From assembly GCA_963763785.1 (NCBI GenBank), contig CAVXPW010000017.1, positions 5,042 through 69,041 on the forward strand: 64,000 nucleotides of DNA, read 5' to 3'. Below, one piece after another: positions 24,484 to 32,483 of the stretch. How positions within the stretch are numbered: the first letter of the stretch is position 1; each line of letters begins with the position of its first letter. The notes under the pieces were generated by a model that worked only from the letters and a program-made list of their open reading frames with translations, had not been told where the DNA came from and did not search any database. The stretch comes from an uncultured Solirubrobacterales bacterium. GTDB lineage: Bacteria > Actinomycetota > Thermoleophilia > Solirubrobacterales > Solirubrobacteraceae. A program made the position numbers and the translations under genes.

Positions 24484-26889
24484 ATGGAACCGCCTGGGAC
24501 AGACGCTGGTCATCCGCCGACGGGGGGGGATCCGGGGGGGGTGGTCGAGCTCTACGAGGCGTCGGCCCGCGCGTACCTGACCCAGATGTGCGGTCCGCAG
24601 GCCGCCGAGCGTCTGATAGCTCAAGTCATGGAGGATCTCGCCGGGGCGGAGGATCCGGGGGCGGAGGTGGACCGGACCGTCCGCCAGGCGGCCCTCGGCT
24701 GGCTCGAGCGCGACGCCCGCAAGCTCGGCCGCCGCCTCTCCGGCGCGCGTTGCCACACGACGCCCGGCCTCCTCGGCCAGCGGAGCTACGGCCGGGTCCC
24801 GTGGAAGGATCTCGAGCGCCTCTACCAGCACGTGGGCGCCTGCTCGACCTGCGCCGGGATCGTCGCCCGCTACGACGCCGCTGAATGGAGGCTTTCGAGC
24901 GACCTCGCGCAGCTCGGCGCAAGAGGAGCCGTCGGGGCAACCCCGCCCACCGAACCCGAGGCCCTGGAGGCCACCGAGCCGGTTATGCCGGACGGCGCCG
25001 GCGAACCAACTGAGACGGAGATCGCCGAGCCGCAGGGCGACCGGATGGCCGCGGTTGCGGAATCCGATCCCGCCTGGGAGGCTCCGGCGGCGCCAGCCGA
25101 CGCGCCGCCCTATTTCACGGCCCGGGAGATCGAGCCGCCCGCCGAGGACGATGAGTCCTTCTCCGGAGAGACCGGACGGCCCGACCGGCACGAGAACGGG
25201 GGTGGATGGTCGGCGGTGGGAATGGGGACGGGGTTCCCGGCGGTGACGGCCGCCGAAGCGACAGGTCAGCCGGAATCCCCGCCCCCCGCGGCCGAGGCGG
25301 AGGAGCTCCGCGGCCCTGAGGCGGGCGACCCGAGGCCGCCGCTACCGAGCACGCGCGGGCGGCGCAGGTCGCTCGGCGGGCGCAAGCGGTCCAGGTCGCA
25401 GGAATGGGCGAGCCCGCCGGAGGAGGGGGAGCCGGGCGGGCGGGCCCCGGCCGCCGAGCTGGTCGACGGCGCCGAGTCGGATCGCGGTCGCGCGGCTGAG
25501 GAGGTCGGCATCGGGCAAGTCGGCGGCCTTGCGCTGGCCGCCGAGCTCGGCCAAGCGGCCGAAGAAGCGGCTGAGCATCAACGGACGGTTCACGCGCGAG
25601 AGTTGGCCGAGGAAGCCGAGCGGCGGCGCGCCGCCTTGACCGCGGAACTTGCCGAGGCCGCCGAGGCCGCGCGGGTCGCCCAGGCGGCCGAGCTTGCCGA
25701 GGTCGCGAGCGCCGCCCGAGCCGCCCAGGCGGCCGAGCTCGCCCAGGCGGCCGACGCCGCGAAGCGCGCCCTGACGGCCGAGCTCGCCCAGGCCGCCGAA
25801 GAAGCTCAAGCGGCGCAGGCCGCCGCGCTCGCTCGAACCGCTGAAGAGGCTGGGGCGGCGCAGGCGGCCGAGCTTGCCCGGGCGGCCGAAGAGGCTCGGG
25901 TCGCGCAGACGGCCGAATTTGCCCAGACGGCTGAACGGGCTCGAGGGGCGCTGGCCGCCGAGCTCGCCCAGGCGGCCGAACAGGCGCGGTCCGCGCTGGC
26001 CGCCGAGCTCGCCCAGGCGGCCGAACATGCTCGGGCCGCGAACGCGGCCGAGCTCGCCGAGGCGGCGGACCGAGCCCGGGCGACCGAGGGCGCCGAGCGG
26101 GCCCACGCGCTCGAAGAGGCCCGTGCCCTGCACGCCGCCGAGCTCGCCGACGCGGCCGACGCGGCCCGAGTCGCCCAGGCCGCCGAGCTCGCCGAGACAC
26201 TGGACGCGGCCAAGCGGGCGTTGGCGCATGAGCTCGCCCAAGCCGCCGACCGGGCCCGTCTCGCCCAGGCCGCCGAGCTCGCCCGGGCTGCCGACGAGGC
26301 GCGGGCCGCGCAGGCCGCGGAGCTCGTTCGGGCCGGCGAGGAGATCCGGGCGGTCCAGGCCGCGGAGCTTGCCCGTGCCGCCGAGGAGGCCGCTGCCTCC
26401 CAGGCCGCCGAGCTCGCCCGGGCCGGCGAGGAGTCGCGGGCCGCTCAGGCCGCGGAGCTTGCCCGGGCCGCCGAGGAGGCCCGGGCCGAGCAGGCCGTCG
26501 AGCTCGCTCACGCCACCGAGGAGGCCCGTGCCGTCGAGGCCGCCGAGCTCGCCCAGGCCGCCGATCGAGCCCGGGTCATCCAGGCGGCCGAGCTCGCGGC
26601 CGAGGCCGAGGCCGCCCACGTCGCCCTGGCGGCGCAGCTGGCCGAGGCGGCCGAACAGGCGCGCCAGAGCCAGGACGCCCAGCTTGCCCAAGACGCAGCG
26701 CGGGCCCTCGCCGACCAGGCCGCCCGGCCGCCCGAGCCCGACCTCGCCGTGCGCGACCCGGCCGGCGAAGTCGTCGACGCGGCACCCGGGGAGCGGGCTC
26801 CGGTCGAGCGGCTGGTGCTCCCGCTCGTCCTCCTCATGCTCCTCATACGCCGCATCATCGACCGCAAGCCTCCCGCGGGCGGCGGCTGA
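24484..26889 (+). CDS. ZAS-motif (HxxxCxxC) N-terminal domain protein with 26 x 15-residue Ala-rich repeats and a C-terminal TM anchor
   Basis: H116-VGA-C120-ST-C123 (24829-24852) with an upstream Cys (RCHTTPG). An acidic/Pro-rich linker follows, then uninterrupted pentadecads (consensus AAELA[QR]AAEEAR[AV]AQ). The C-terminal hydrophobic segment is LVLPLVLLMLLIRRII. See findings. Confidence 0.8.
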   Translation: MEPPGTDAGHPPTGGDPGGVVELYEASARAYLTQMCGPQAAERLIAQVMEDLAGAEDPGAEVDRTVRQAALGWLERDARKLGRRLSGARCHTTPGLLGQRSYGRVPWKDLERLYQHVGACSTCAGIVARYDAAEWRLSSDLAQLGARGAVGATPPTEPEALEATEPVMPDGAGEPTETEIAEPQGDRMAAVAESDPAWEAPAAPADAPPYFTAREIEPPAEDDESFSGETGRPDRHENGGGWSAVGMGTGFPAVTAAEATGQPESPPPAAEAEELRGPEAGDPRPPLPSTRGRRRSLGGRKRSRSQEWASPPEEGEPGGRAPAAELVDGAESDRGRAAEEVGIGQVGGLALAAELGQAAEEAAEHQRTVHARELAEEAERRRAALTAELAEAAEAARVAQAAELAEVASAARAAQAAELAQAADAAKRALTAELAQAAEEAQAAQAAALARTAEEAGAAQAAELARAAEEARVAQTAEFAQTAERARGALAAELAQAAEQARSALAAELAQAAEHARAANAAELAEAADRARATEGAERAHALEEARALHAAELADAADAARVAQAAELAETLDAAKRALAHELAQAADRARLAQAAELARAADEARAAQAAELVRAGEEIRAVQAAELARAAEEAAASQAAELARAGEESRAAQAAELARAAEEARAEQAVELAHATEEARAVEAAELAQAADRARVIQAAELAAEAEAAHVALAAQLAEAAEQARQSQDAQLAQDAARALADQAARPPEPDLAVRDPAGEVVDAAPGERAPVERLVLPLVLLMLLIRRIIDRKPPAGGG
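25537..26718 (+). repeat. Coding tandem repeat, 45-bp period, about 26 units
   Basis: I parsed the translation into 26 consecutive 15-aa units from AAELGQAAEEAAEHQ to DAQLAQDAARALADQ, with a single 4-aa insertion (RTVH) after unit 1. Units are diverged at the DNA level, not identical. Confidence 0.9.
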
Positions 26890-26933
26890 ACGCTCCGCTC
26901 GACGGCCAGACGCCACCCCGCGGCGCGGGGCCC

Positions 26934-27434
26934 TCAAATGCAGCCGATAGCGACGGCCGGGCTTTGGGCGGTACTGGTCGGACCGCCGGACCTGACCGAG
27001 GCGATCGTCCGGGACTGCCCGACCGAGCAGGTGATCGGCGGGGTCTTGATCGTGTAGCGGTGCTTTGCCTTGACCTGGAAGAAGGTCACGGTACGTGTTG
27101 CCTGGTGAATCCAGCGGCCGCGGATCTGCTGCTGGCTCTGCGCCGTCGCTGTCGCCTGGGATCGCCGCGCGGCGCACGTGAACGTGACCGTCGCGATCGT
27201 CTTGGCCGGAGCCCCGCCGACCTGCACGGGCGCGTGGGCAACTACGCGACAAGGCGACCCGACCGACGCGTCCCGCATTGGCCAGACCGTGCCGGCGGAG
27301 AGTCCGAACACGACCGTCACCAGCCCGCCAGCGCCAAGAACAGCCACCCTGCCCGTCGCCGCCGTCACCCCCGGATGGTACCGCTGGTCCGGCGGTGGGT
27401 TCCCGTCGTGTCCCGGACGGCGGCCAGGTCTCAA
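26934..27434 (-). CDS. Hypothetical single-pass membrane/secreted beta-rich protein downstream of the ECF sigma
   Basis: Lower-GC ORF. TM/signal VAVLGAGGLVTVVFGLSAG, then a Thr/Gln/Cys-containing domain (TVTFTCAARRSQATATAQSQQQIRGRWIHQATRTVTFFQVKAKHRYTIKTPPITC...). The track start is TTG, 3 nt after the sigma stop; an internal GTG is possible. Confidence 0.55.
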   Translation of the reverse strand: MRPGRRPGHDGNPPPDQRYHPGVTAATGRVAVLGAGGLVTVVFGLSAGTVWPMRDASVGSPCRVVAHAPVQVGGAPAKTIATVTFTCAARRSQATATAQSQQQIRGRWIHQATRTVTFFQVKAKHRYTIKTPPITCSVGQSRTIASVRSGGPTSTAQSPAVAIGCI

Positions 27435-27437
27435 GCT

Positions 27438-28604
27438 TCAGAGCTCGGTCAGGCGCCGGCTGAGGAAGCGCCGCTCGGGTTCCGAGGCCGCCAGCTCGAG
27501 CGCCCGCCCGAACGCGGCGCGCGCCTCCGCGATGCGGCCGAGCCGGCACAGCAGCTCGCCGCGCGTCGAGTGCAGGTACTGATAGTCGTCGAGCGCGAGG
27601 CCGTCGACGATGACCAGGGCCGCTTCGGGCGACCCCGCCTCGGCGATCGCCACGGCCCGGTTGAGCTCCACCACCGGCGAGCCCGTCAGCAGCGTCAGCT
27701 CGCGGTAGAGCGCGGCCACCTCGGGCCAGTCGATCGGCTGCTCCAGTTGCCGGGAAGCGATCACCGCCTGGATGACGAAGTTGCCCCGCCCGCGCAGGGC
27801 GAGCGCCCGGTCGAGTGCCGCGCGGCCCTCGCGGATCTGCGCCGCGTCCCACAGCGCGCGATCCTGGTCGGCCAGGAGGACGAGCCCGACGGCTGAGAAC
27901 CGCGCCGCCCGGCGCGCTTCGTGGAGCAGCATCAGCGCCCGAAGGCCGTGCGCCTCGTGCTCGTCGGGCATCAGGGCCGCGAGCAGCCGGCCGAGCCGGA
28001 TCGCCTCGGCGGCGAGCTCGACGCGCCCGCCGTAGCCCTCGTTGAAGATCAGGTAGACGACCGCGAGGACGGCGGCGAGACGCTCGGGCAGCAGGTGATC
28101 CGGCGGGACGGTGAACGGGATCCCCGCCGCCTTGATCTTCGCCTTCGCCCGCGTCAGGCGGCGCTTCATCGTCTCGGGCGAGACGAGGAACGCCCGCGCG
28201 ATCTCCTCGGTGCTAAGCCCGCCGAGCGCGCGCAACGTCAAGGCCACCTGGCCCTCGGTCGCCAAGGCCGGATGGCAGCAGGTGAAGATCAGCTCGAGCC
28301 GCTCGTCGGGAATCATCGTCTCGCCCATGTCGTCGCCGTCGTCAGCCGCGGCCTGGGCGACCACGAGCAGCCGCGTCTTCTCGGCCAGCGTCCGCTCGCG
28401 CCGAAGCCGATCGATCGCGCGGTTGCGCGCGGTCGTCACCAGCCAGCCGCCCGGGTTGGCCGGCGCACCGTCGCGCGGCCAGCGCTCGGCGGCGATCGCG
28501 AACGCGTCCTGAGCGGCCTCCTCGGCGAGGTCGAAGTCGCCGAAGAAGCCGATCAGGTGACCGAGGACCCGGCCCCACTCCTCGCGGAAGACGGCGTCGA
28601 TCAG
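27438..28604 (-). CDS. ECF-type RNA polymerase sigma factor with a long C-terminal helical-repeat domain (YciI-associated type); proposed CTG start
   Basis: Region 2: FREEWGRVLGHLIGFFGDFDLAEEAAQDAFAIAAERWPRDGAPANPGGWLVTTARNRAIDRLRRE. Region 4: LGGLSTEEIARAFLVSPETMKRRLTRAKAKI. The first canonical start (GTG 28439) would remove most of region 2, and the frame is open back to CTG 28604. See finding. Confidence 0.8.
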   Translation of the reverse strand: MIDAVFREEWGRVLGHLIGFFGDFDLAEEAAQDAFAIAAERWPRDGAPANPGGWLVTTARNRAIDRLRRERTLAEKTRLLVVAQAAADDGDDMGETMIPDERLELIFTCCHPALATEGQVALTLRALGGLSTEEIARAFLVSPETMKRRLTRAKAKIKAAGIPFTVPPDHLLPERLAAVLAVVYLIFNEGYGGRVELAAEAIRLGRLLAALMPDEHEAHGLRALMLLHEARRAARFSAVGLVLLADQDRALWDAAQIREGRAALDRALALRGRGNFVIQAVIASRQLEQPIDWPEVAALYRELTLLTGSPVVELNRAVAIAEAGSPEAALVIVDGLALDDYQYLHSTRGELLCRLGRIAEARAAFGRALELAASEPERRFLSRRLTEL

Positions 28605-28945
28605 GGCTGGCGCTCCACCAGAGGACGAACCTCGACGCTGCCGCCGAGCCGAGCCGCCGGGATTCGCCCCCCGACCGCGAGCGCCGCGTCGAGGTCGTCG
28701 GCCTCGAGGATGTAGTACCCGCCGAACACCTCCTTGGTGTTCGCGAACGGGCCGTCGGTGACCAGCATCTCGCCATCCTCCACCCGGATCGTCGTGGCGG
28801 TCTCGACCGGCTTCAGCTGCGCGCCGCCGACGACGCGGTCGTCCTCGCTGATCGCGAAGTACTCGCCGGACACGGCCTCGCGCTCGCTCTCGCTCAGCGG
28901 GTCGTAGGAGCCGGGCCTTTCATAGATCAACAGGGCGTACTGCAT
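28601..28945 (-). CDS. YciI-like (DGPF domain) protein
   Basis: MQYALLIYE..., MLVTDGPFANTKEVFGGYYILEADDLDAAL. RBS GAGGAGG upstream. Confidence 0.9.
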   Translation of the reverse strand: MQYALLIYERPGSYDPLSESEREAVSGEYFAISEDDRVVGGAQLKPVETATTIRVEDGEMLVTDGPFANTKEVFGGYYILEADDLDAALAVGGRIPAARLGGSVEVRPLVERQP

Positions 28946-29119
28946 TGAGGCCTCCTCGGTGTATTTGGTATGCCCCTACGACGAACGGGAACGACCGGAG
29001 GGGACGGCGGTCGCCTGACGCCCCGGCGAATTTCCCCTTCACCGCCCATCTTCCCGCGCCGGGCGCCTGAAGTCCCGCCGACATGCCGTCAGCCCTGGCG
29101 CTGACTGGCACAAGGACGC

Positions 29120-29148
29120 TTGACAGCGTGCCAACGATGTGCCACCAT
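29120..29148 (+). promoter_or_regulatory. Candidate sigma-70-type promoter for a leaderless transcript (TTGACA-17-CACCAT-6-ATG)
   Basis: TTGACA at 29120-29125, a 17-nt spacer, CACCAT at 29143-29148, then 6 nt to the A of ATG 29155. There is no SD sequence. Confidence 0.45.
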
Positions 29149-29154
29149 GGCACC

Positions 29155-29703
29155 ATGGACCTGCGGCCTTACGTCGAGAACATCAACCGCCAGCTTGCGG
29201 TGGCCGCCGAGGCCGGAGGCGACGACGCCCGGGCGCTCGCCGAGCGCCTCGCCGCACCGTTGGACGCGGCCCTTCGCCTGGCTCTACAGGACGTGCTGGA
29301 GGCGGCGGCGGAGGAGATCACCACTGAGCTCGCCCCGGGCTCGGTCGAGCTTCGCCTCCGCGGACGCAACCCCGAGTTCGTCGTCACGGCCCCGCCGGCG
29401 GCCAGGTCGGTCGAGGGTCCGTCCGAGAATGACGTCGACCTGGCGCCACTCGGCGGACCGGCGGCACCGGCAGGTGGGGTGGGGCGCGCCCCCGGGGAGG
29501 GCGACGAGGGCGGGATGGCGCGAATCAACCTTCGGATGCCCGACCAGCTCAAGGCCCGCGTCGAGCAGGCGGCGGCGAGCGAGGGCGTCTCGATCAACAC
29601 CTGGCTGGCGCGAGCAGCCGCTGGCGCCCTCGAGCGAGGCGACCGCCGGCGCCAGACCCGGGCCCCGCAGAGCGCCCAGCGCTACACGGGCTGGGCGCGC
29701 TGA
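29155..29703 (+). CDS. Ribbon-helix-helix (Arc/CopG/HicB-like) C-terminal domain protein
   Basis: Start re-placed at ATG 29155 (MDLRPYVENINRQL...). The C-terminal MARINLRMPDQLKARVEQAAASEGVSINTWLARAAAGAL is an RHH motif. The N-terminal ~120 aa is unassigned. Confidence 0.7.
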   Translation: MDLRPYVENINRQLAVAAEAGGDDARALAERLAAPLDAALRLALQDVLEAAAEEITTELAPGSVELRLRGRNPEFVVTAPPAARSVEGPSENDVDLAPLGGPAAPAGGVGRAPGEGDEGGMARINLRMPDQLKARVEQAAASEGVSINTWLARAAAGALERGDRRRQTRAPQSAQRYTGWAR

Positions 29704-29773
29704 CCGAGCCCGCCGATGTCTCCCGCCCCGACTGCCAACCAGCGACAAGCTGACCCCCCGGAAAGGACCCGCC

Positions 29774-30649
29774 ATGCCGGTTTTCGCTAGTCCCGAACCC
29801 GTCTCCGTCACCATCGAGCTCGGCGTCGGCGACATCCGGATCGTGGCGAGCGAGCGCACCGACACCGTGGTCGACGTGCGGCCGTCAGACCCCGCCAAGC
29901 GGGTGGATGTCGCGGCAGCCGAGCAGACCCGCGTCGAGTACGCCGGCGGCAGGCTGCTGATCCACGCACCCAAGGGGTGGCGGCAGTGGACCTTCCGGGG
30001 CGGCGCCGAGTCGATCGACGTCCAGATCGAGCTGCCGGCGGGCTCGAGCGTGCGGGCCGAAGCCGGGATCGCCGGTCTGCGCTCGACCGGTCGGCTCGGC
30101 GAGTGCCGCTACCTGACCGGCGTCGGCGACATTCAACTCGAGCAGGCCGGCCCGACCCAGATCAAGACCGGCGTCGGGGACATCGCCGTCGAGCGGGCGC
30201 TCGACCAGGCGCAGCTCACCACGGGCGCCGGTGCCGTGCACGTCGGCAGGATCGACGGCACCGGCGTGGTCAAGAACTCCAACGGAGACACGTGGATCGG
30301 CGAGAGTGCCGGAGACCTCCGGGTCAACGCCGCCAACGGCACGATCACGGTCGACCGGGCCCATGCCACCGTGGCGGCCAAGACGGCCAACGGCGATGTC
30401 CGTCTCGGCGAGATCTCCGGCGGGGTGGTCCTCGCCGAGACCGGATTCGGCCGGCTCGAGTTCGGTGTCCGCGACGGCGTTGCCGCCTGGTTGGAGCTCC
30501 ACACCGGGTTCGGCAAGGTCGAGAACGGCCTCGAGGCCGCCGGGCCCCCCGAACCGGGGGAGGCCACGGTCGAGATACGGGCCCGCACCTCCTACGGCGA
30601 CATCAGCATCCGCCGCGCCCTCGCCACCGGCACGCCGGCCCGGAGCTGA
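29774..30649 (+). CDS. DUF4097-family beta-strand-repeat protein
   Basis: Start at ATG 29774 (MPVFASPEPVSVTIELGVGDIRIV...). Repeated G-[DA]-[IV] strands (GVGDIQL, GVGDIAV, GAGAVHV, ANGTITV, ANGDVRL, SYGDISI). Confidence 0.8.
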   Translation: MPVFASPEPVSVTIELGVGDIRIVASERTDTVVDVRPSDPAKRVDVAAAEQTRVEYAGGRLLIHAPKGWRQWTFRGGAESIDVQIELPAGSSVRAEAGIAGLRSTGRLGECRYLTGVGDIQLEQAGPTQIKTGVGDIAVERALDQAQLTTGAGAVHVGRIDGTGVVKNSNGDTWIGESAGDLRVNAANGTITVDRAHATVAAKTANGDVRLGEISGGVVLAETGFGRLEFGVRDGVAAWLELHTGFGKVENGLEAAGPPEPGEATVEIRARTSYGDISIRRALATGTPARS

Positions 30650-30654
30650 GCCCC

Positions 30655-31665
30655 GTGCGGCGCAGCAATCCCCTGTCCGCGCCTGACGCGCCCGCCATCC
30701 GCGCGGCGGGCCTCCGCCAGAGCTTCGGCGACGTCGTCGCCCTCGACGGCCTCGACCTCGAGGTCGCGGCCGGCACCGTGTTCGGGCTGCTCGGGCCCAA
30801 CGGAGCCGGCAAGACCACGCTCGTGCGCATCCTGGCGACACTCCGGCGACCGACCGCCGGCCGGGCGAGCGTGCTCGGCCGTGACGTCGTCGCCGACCCG
30901 CTCGCCGTCCGCCGCCTGATCGGGCTGGCCGGCCAGTTCGCGGCCGTCGACGAGGAGCTCACCGGCCGCGAGAACGTCGAGATGGTCGGGCGCCTCTACC
31001 GACTCTCGGCCGCCGAGGCGAGGCAGCGGGCCGGCGATCTGCTCGACCGCTTCGGGCTCGCCGACGCGGCCGACCGCCGGGTATCGACCTACTCGGGCGG
31101 AATGCGCCGGCGGCTCGACCTCGGCGCGAGCCTCGCCGGCCGGCCGCCGGTGCTGCTCCTCGACGAGCCGACGACCGGCCTTGACCCGCGTTCACGGCAA
31201 GAGCTCTGGAGCATCGTCGACGAGCTCCGCCGCGCCGGGACGACCGTGCTCCTGACCACTCAGTACCTCGAGGAGGCCGACCGCCTGGCCCAGCGGATCG
31301 CGGTCGTCGATCGCGGGCGCATCGTGGCCGAGGGTACCGTCGCCGAGCTCAAGGGCGCGATCGGGAGCGAGGTTCTGGTCGTCCGGGTCGCCGACCTGCG
31401 GAGCGTCACCGAGGCGGCGGCGGCGCTCGGGGACCTCAGCACCGGCGAGGCGCCGCTGGTCGACGCCGCCGCCGGTGAGATCCGGCTCTCCGTCGTCGAC
31501 CCGGGCGCGTCGGCGGAGGCCGTGCGCCGCCTCGACGCGCGCGCCCTGCCGATCGCCGCCATCGAGCTGACGCGGCCGAGCCTCGACGACGTGTTCCTCA
31601 CGCTGACCGGACGGCGCGCCGAGGGCCAGCCGAGCGATCCGGCGCACGAGCAGGAGGCCGCATGA
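30655..31665 (+). CDS. ABC transporter ATP-binding protein (DrrA-like, ABC-2 exporter type)
   Basis: GTG 30655. Walker A GPNGAGKTT, signature YSGGMRRRLDL, Walker B LLLDEPTTGLD. Confidence 0.9.
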   Translation: MRRSNPLSAPDAPAIRAAGLRQSFGDVVALDGLDLEVAAGTVFGLLGPNGAGKTTLVRILATLRRPTAGRASVLGRDVVADPLAVRRLIGLAGQFAAVDEELTGRENVEMVGRLYRLSAAEARQRAGDLLDRFGLADAADRRVSTYSGGMRRRLDLGASLAGRPPVLLLDEPTTGLDPRSRQELWSIVDELRRAGTTVLLTTQYLEEADRLAQRIAVVDRGRIVAEGTVAELKGAIGSEVLVVRVADLRSVTEAAAALGDLSTGEAPLVDAAAGEIRLSVVDPGASAEAVRRLDARALPIAAIELTRPSLDDVFLTLTGRRAEGQPSDPAHEQEAA

Positions 31666-32480
31666 GCACCACGATCTCGACCCGACCCGAGCCGATCGCA
31701 GCCGGGCGGCGACGCCTCACGATGTCTCAGACCGTGGCCGACAGCCGGGTGATGGCCGTCCGCCAGCTGCGCAAGACGCTGCGCCGGCCGATGCTTGTGA
31801 TCTTCGCGCTCGTCCAGCCGGTGATCCTCGTGCTGCTCTTCCGCTACGTCTTCGGAGGCGCGATCAGGACGGGCAGCGTCAGCTACGTCGACTTCCTGAT
31901 GCCGGGGATCATCGTCCAGACCGCGATCTTCGGCTCCCTGATCACCGGAATCGGCCTGACCGAGGACCTCAAGGCCGGCGTCGTCGATCGGTTCCGCTCG
32001 CTGCCGATGGCTCGGTCGGCGGTCCTGATCGGGCGCACCGCGGCGGATGTCGTGATGAATGTCCTTTCGCTGGTCGTGATGGTGCTCGTCGGCCTGGCGA
32101 TCGGCTTCCGGCCGAGCCAACCGATCTACGACCTCGCGCTCGCCTTCGCCCTCGTCCTGTCGTTCTCCTACGTCTTCTCATGGATCAGCGCCTACATCGG
32201 CCTGGCCGTGCGCGACCCCGAGACCGCCCAGTCGGCCGGCTTCATCTGGGTCTTCCCGCTCACCTTCGCCTCCTCGGCGTTCGTCCCGACCTCTTCGATG
32301 CCCGGAGCCGTCCGTGCCTTCGCCGAGCTCAACCCCGTGACGCTGGTCGTCGACGCCGCCCGAGCCCTGACCATCGGTCAGGGCGACGCGCTCTCGCCGG
32401 CGCTCGGGACGCTCGCCTGGCTCGCCGGGCTCCTGGTCGTCTTCGTTACGCTGGCGGTCCGGCGCTTCCGCCGAGCCTGA
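31662..32480 (+). CDS. ABC-2 type transporter permease
   Basis: ATGA overlap with the ATPase gene; six hydrophobic segments. Confidence 0.85.
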   Translation: MSTTISTRPEPIAAGRRRLTMSQTVADSRVMAVRQLRKTLRRPMLVIFALVQPVILVLLFRYVFGGAIRTGSVSYVDFLMPGIIVQTAIFGSLITGIGLTEDLKAGVVDRFRSLPMARSAVLIGRTAADVVMNVLSLVVMVLVGLAIGFRPSQPIYDLALAFALVLSFSYVFSWISAYIGLAVRDPETAQSAGFIWVFPLTFASSAFVPTSSMPGAVRAFAELNPVTLVVDAARALTIGQGDALSPALGTLAWLAGLLVVFVTLAVRRFRRA

Positions 32481-32483
32481 GGC

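Noticed and set aside
24194-24485. 78-aa (+) and 84-aa (-) ORFs in the 356-bp gap before the repeat-protein gene.
   Set aside because: Both are Arg/Ser-rich, mutually overlapping, lack an RBS and show no motifs. The region is better described as non-coding.
26889-26934. Bidirectional terminator between the convergent repeat-protein and 26934..27434 genes (CCCCGCG-G-CGCGGGG).
   Set aside because: The palindrome leaves essentially no loop, and no T or A tract follows on either strand. Not supportable as an intrinsic terminator.
25342-27852. 836-aa reverse-strand ORF across the repeat-protein gene.
   Set aside because: It is the antisense reading of the 45-bp coding repeats (repetitive GELG.L...G strings). 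It also runs through the separately supported 26934..27434 gene and into the sigma gene in the wrong frame.
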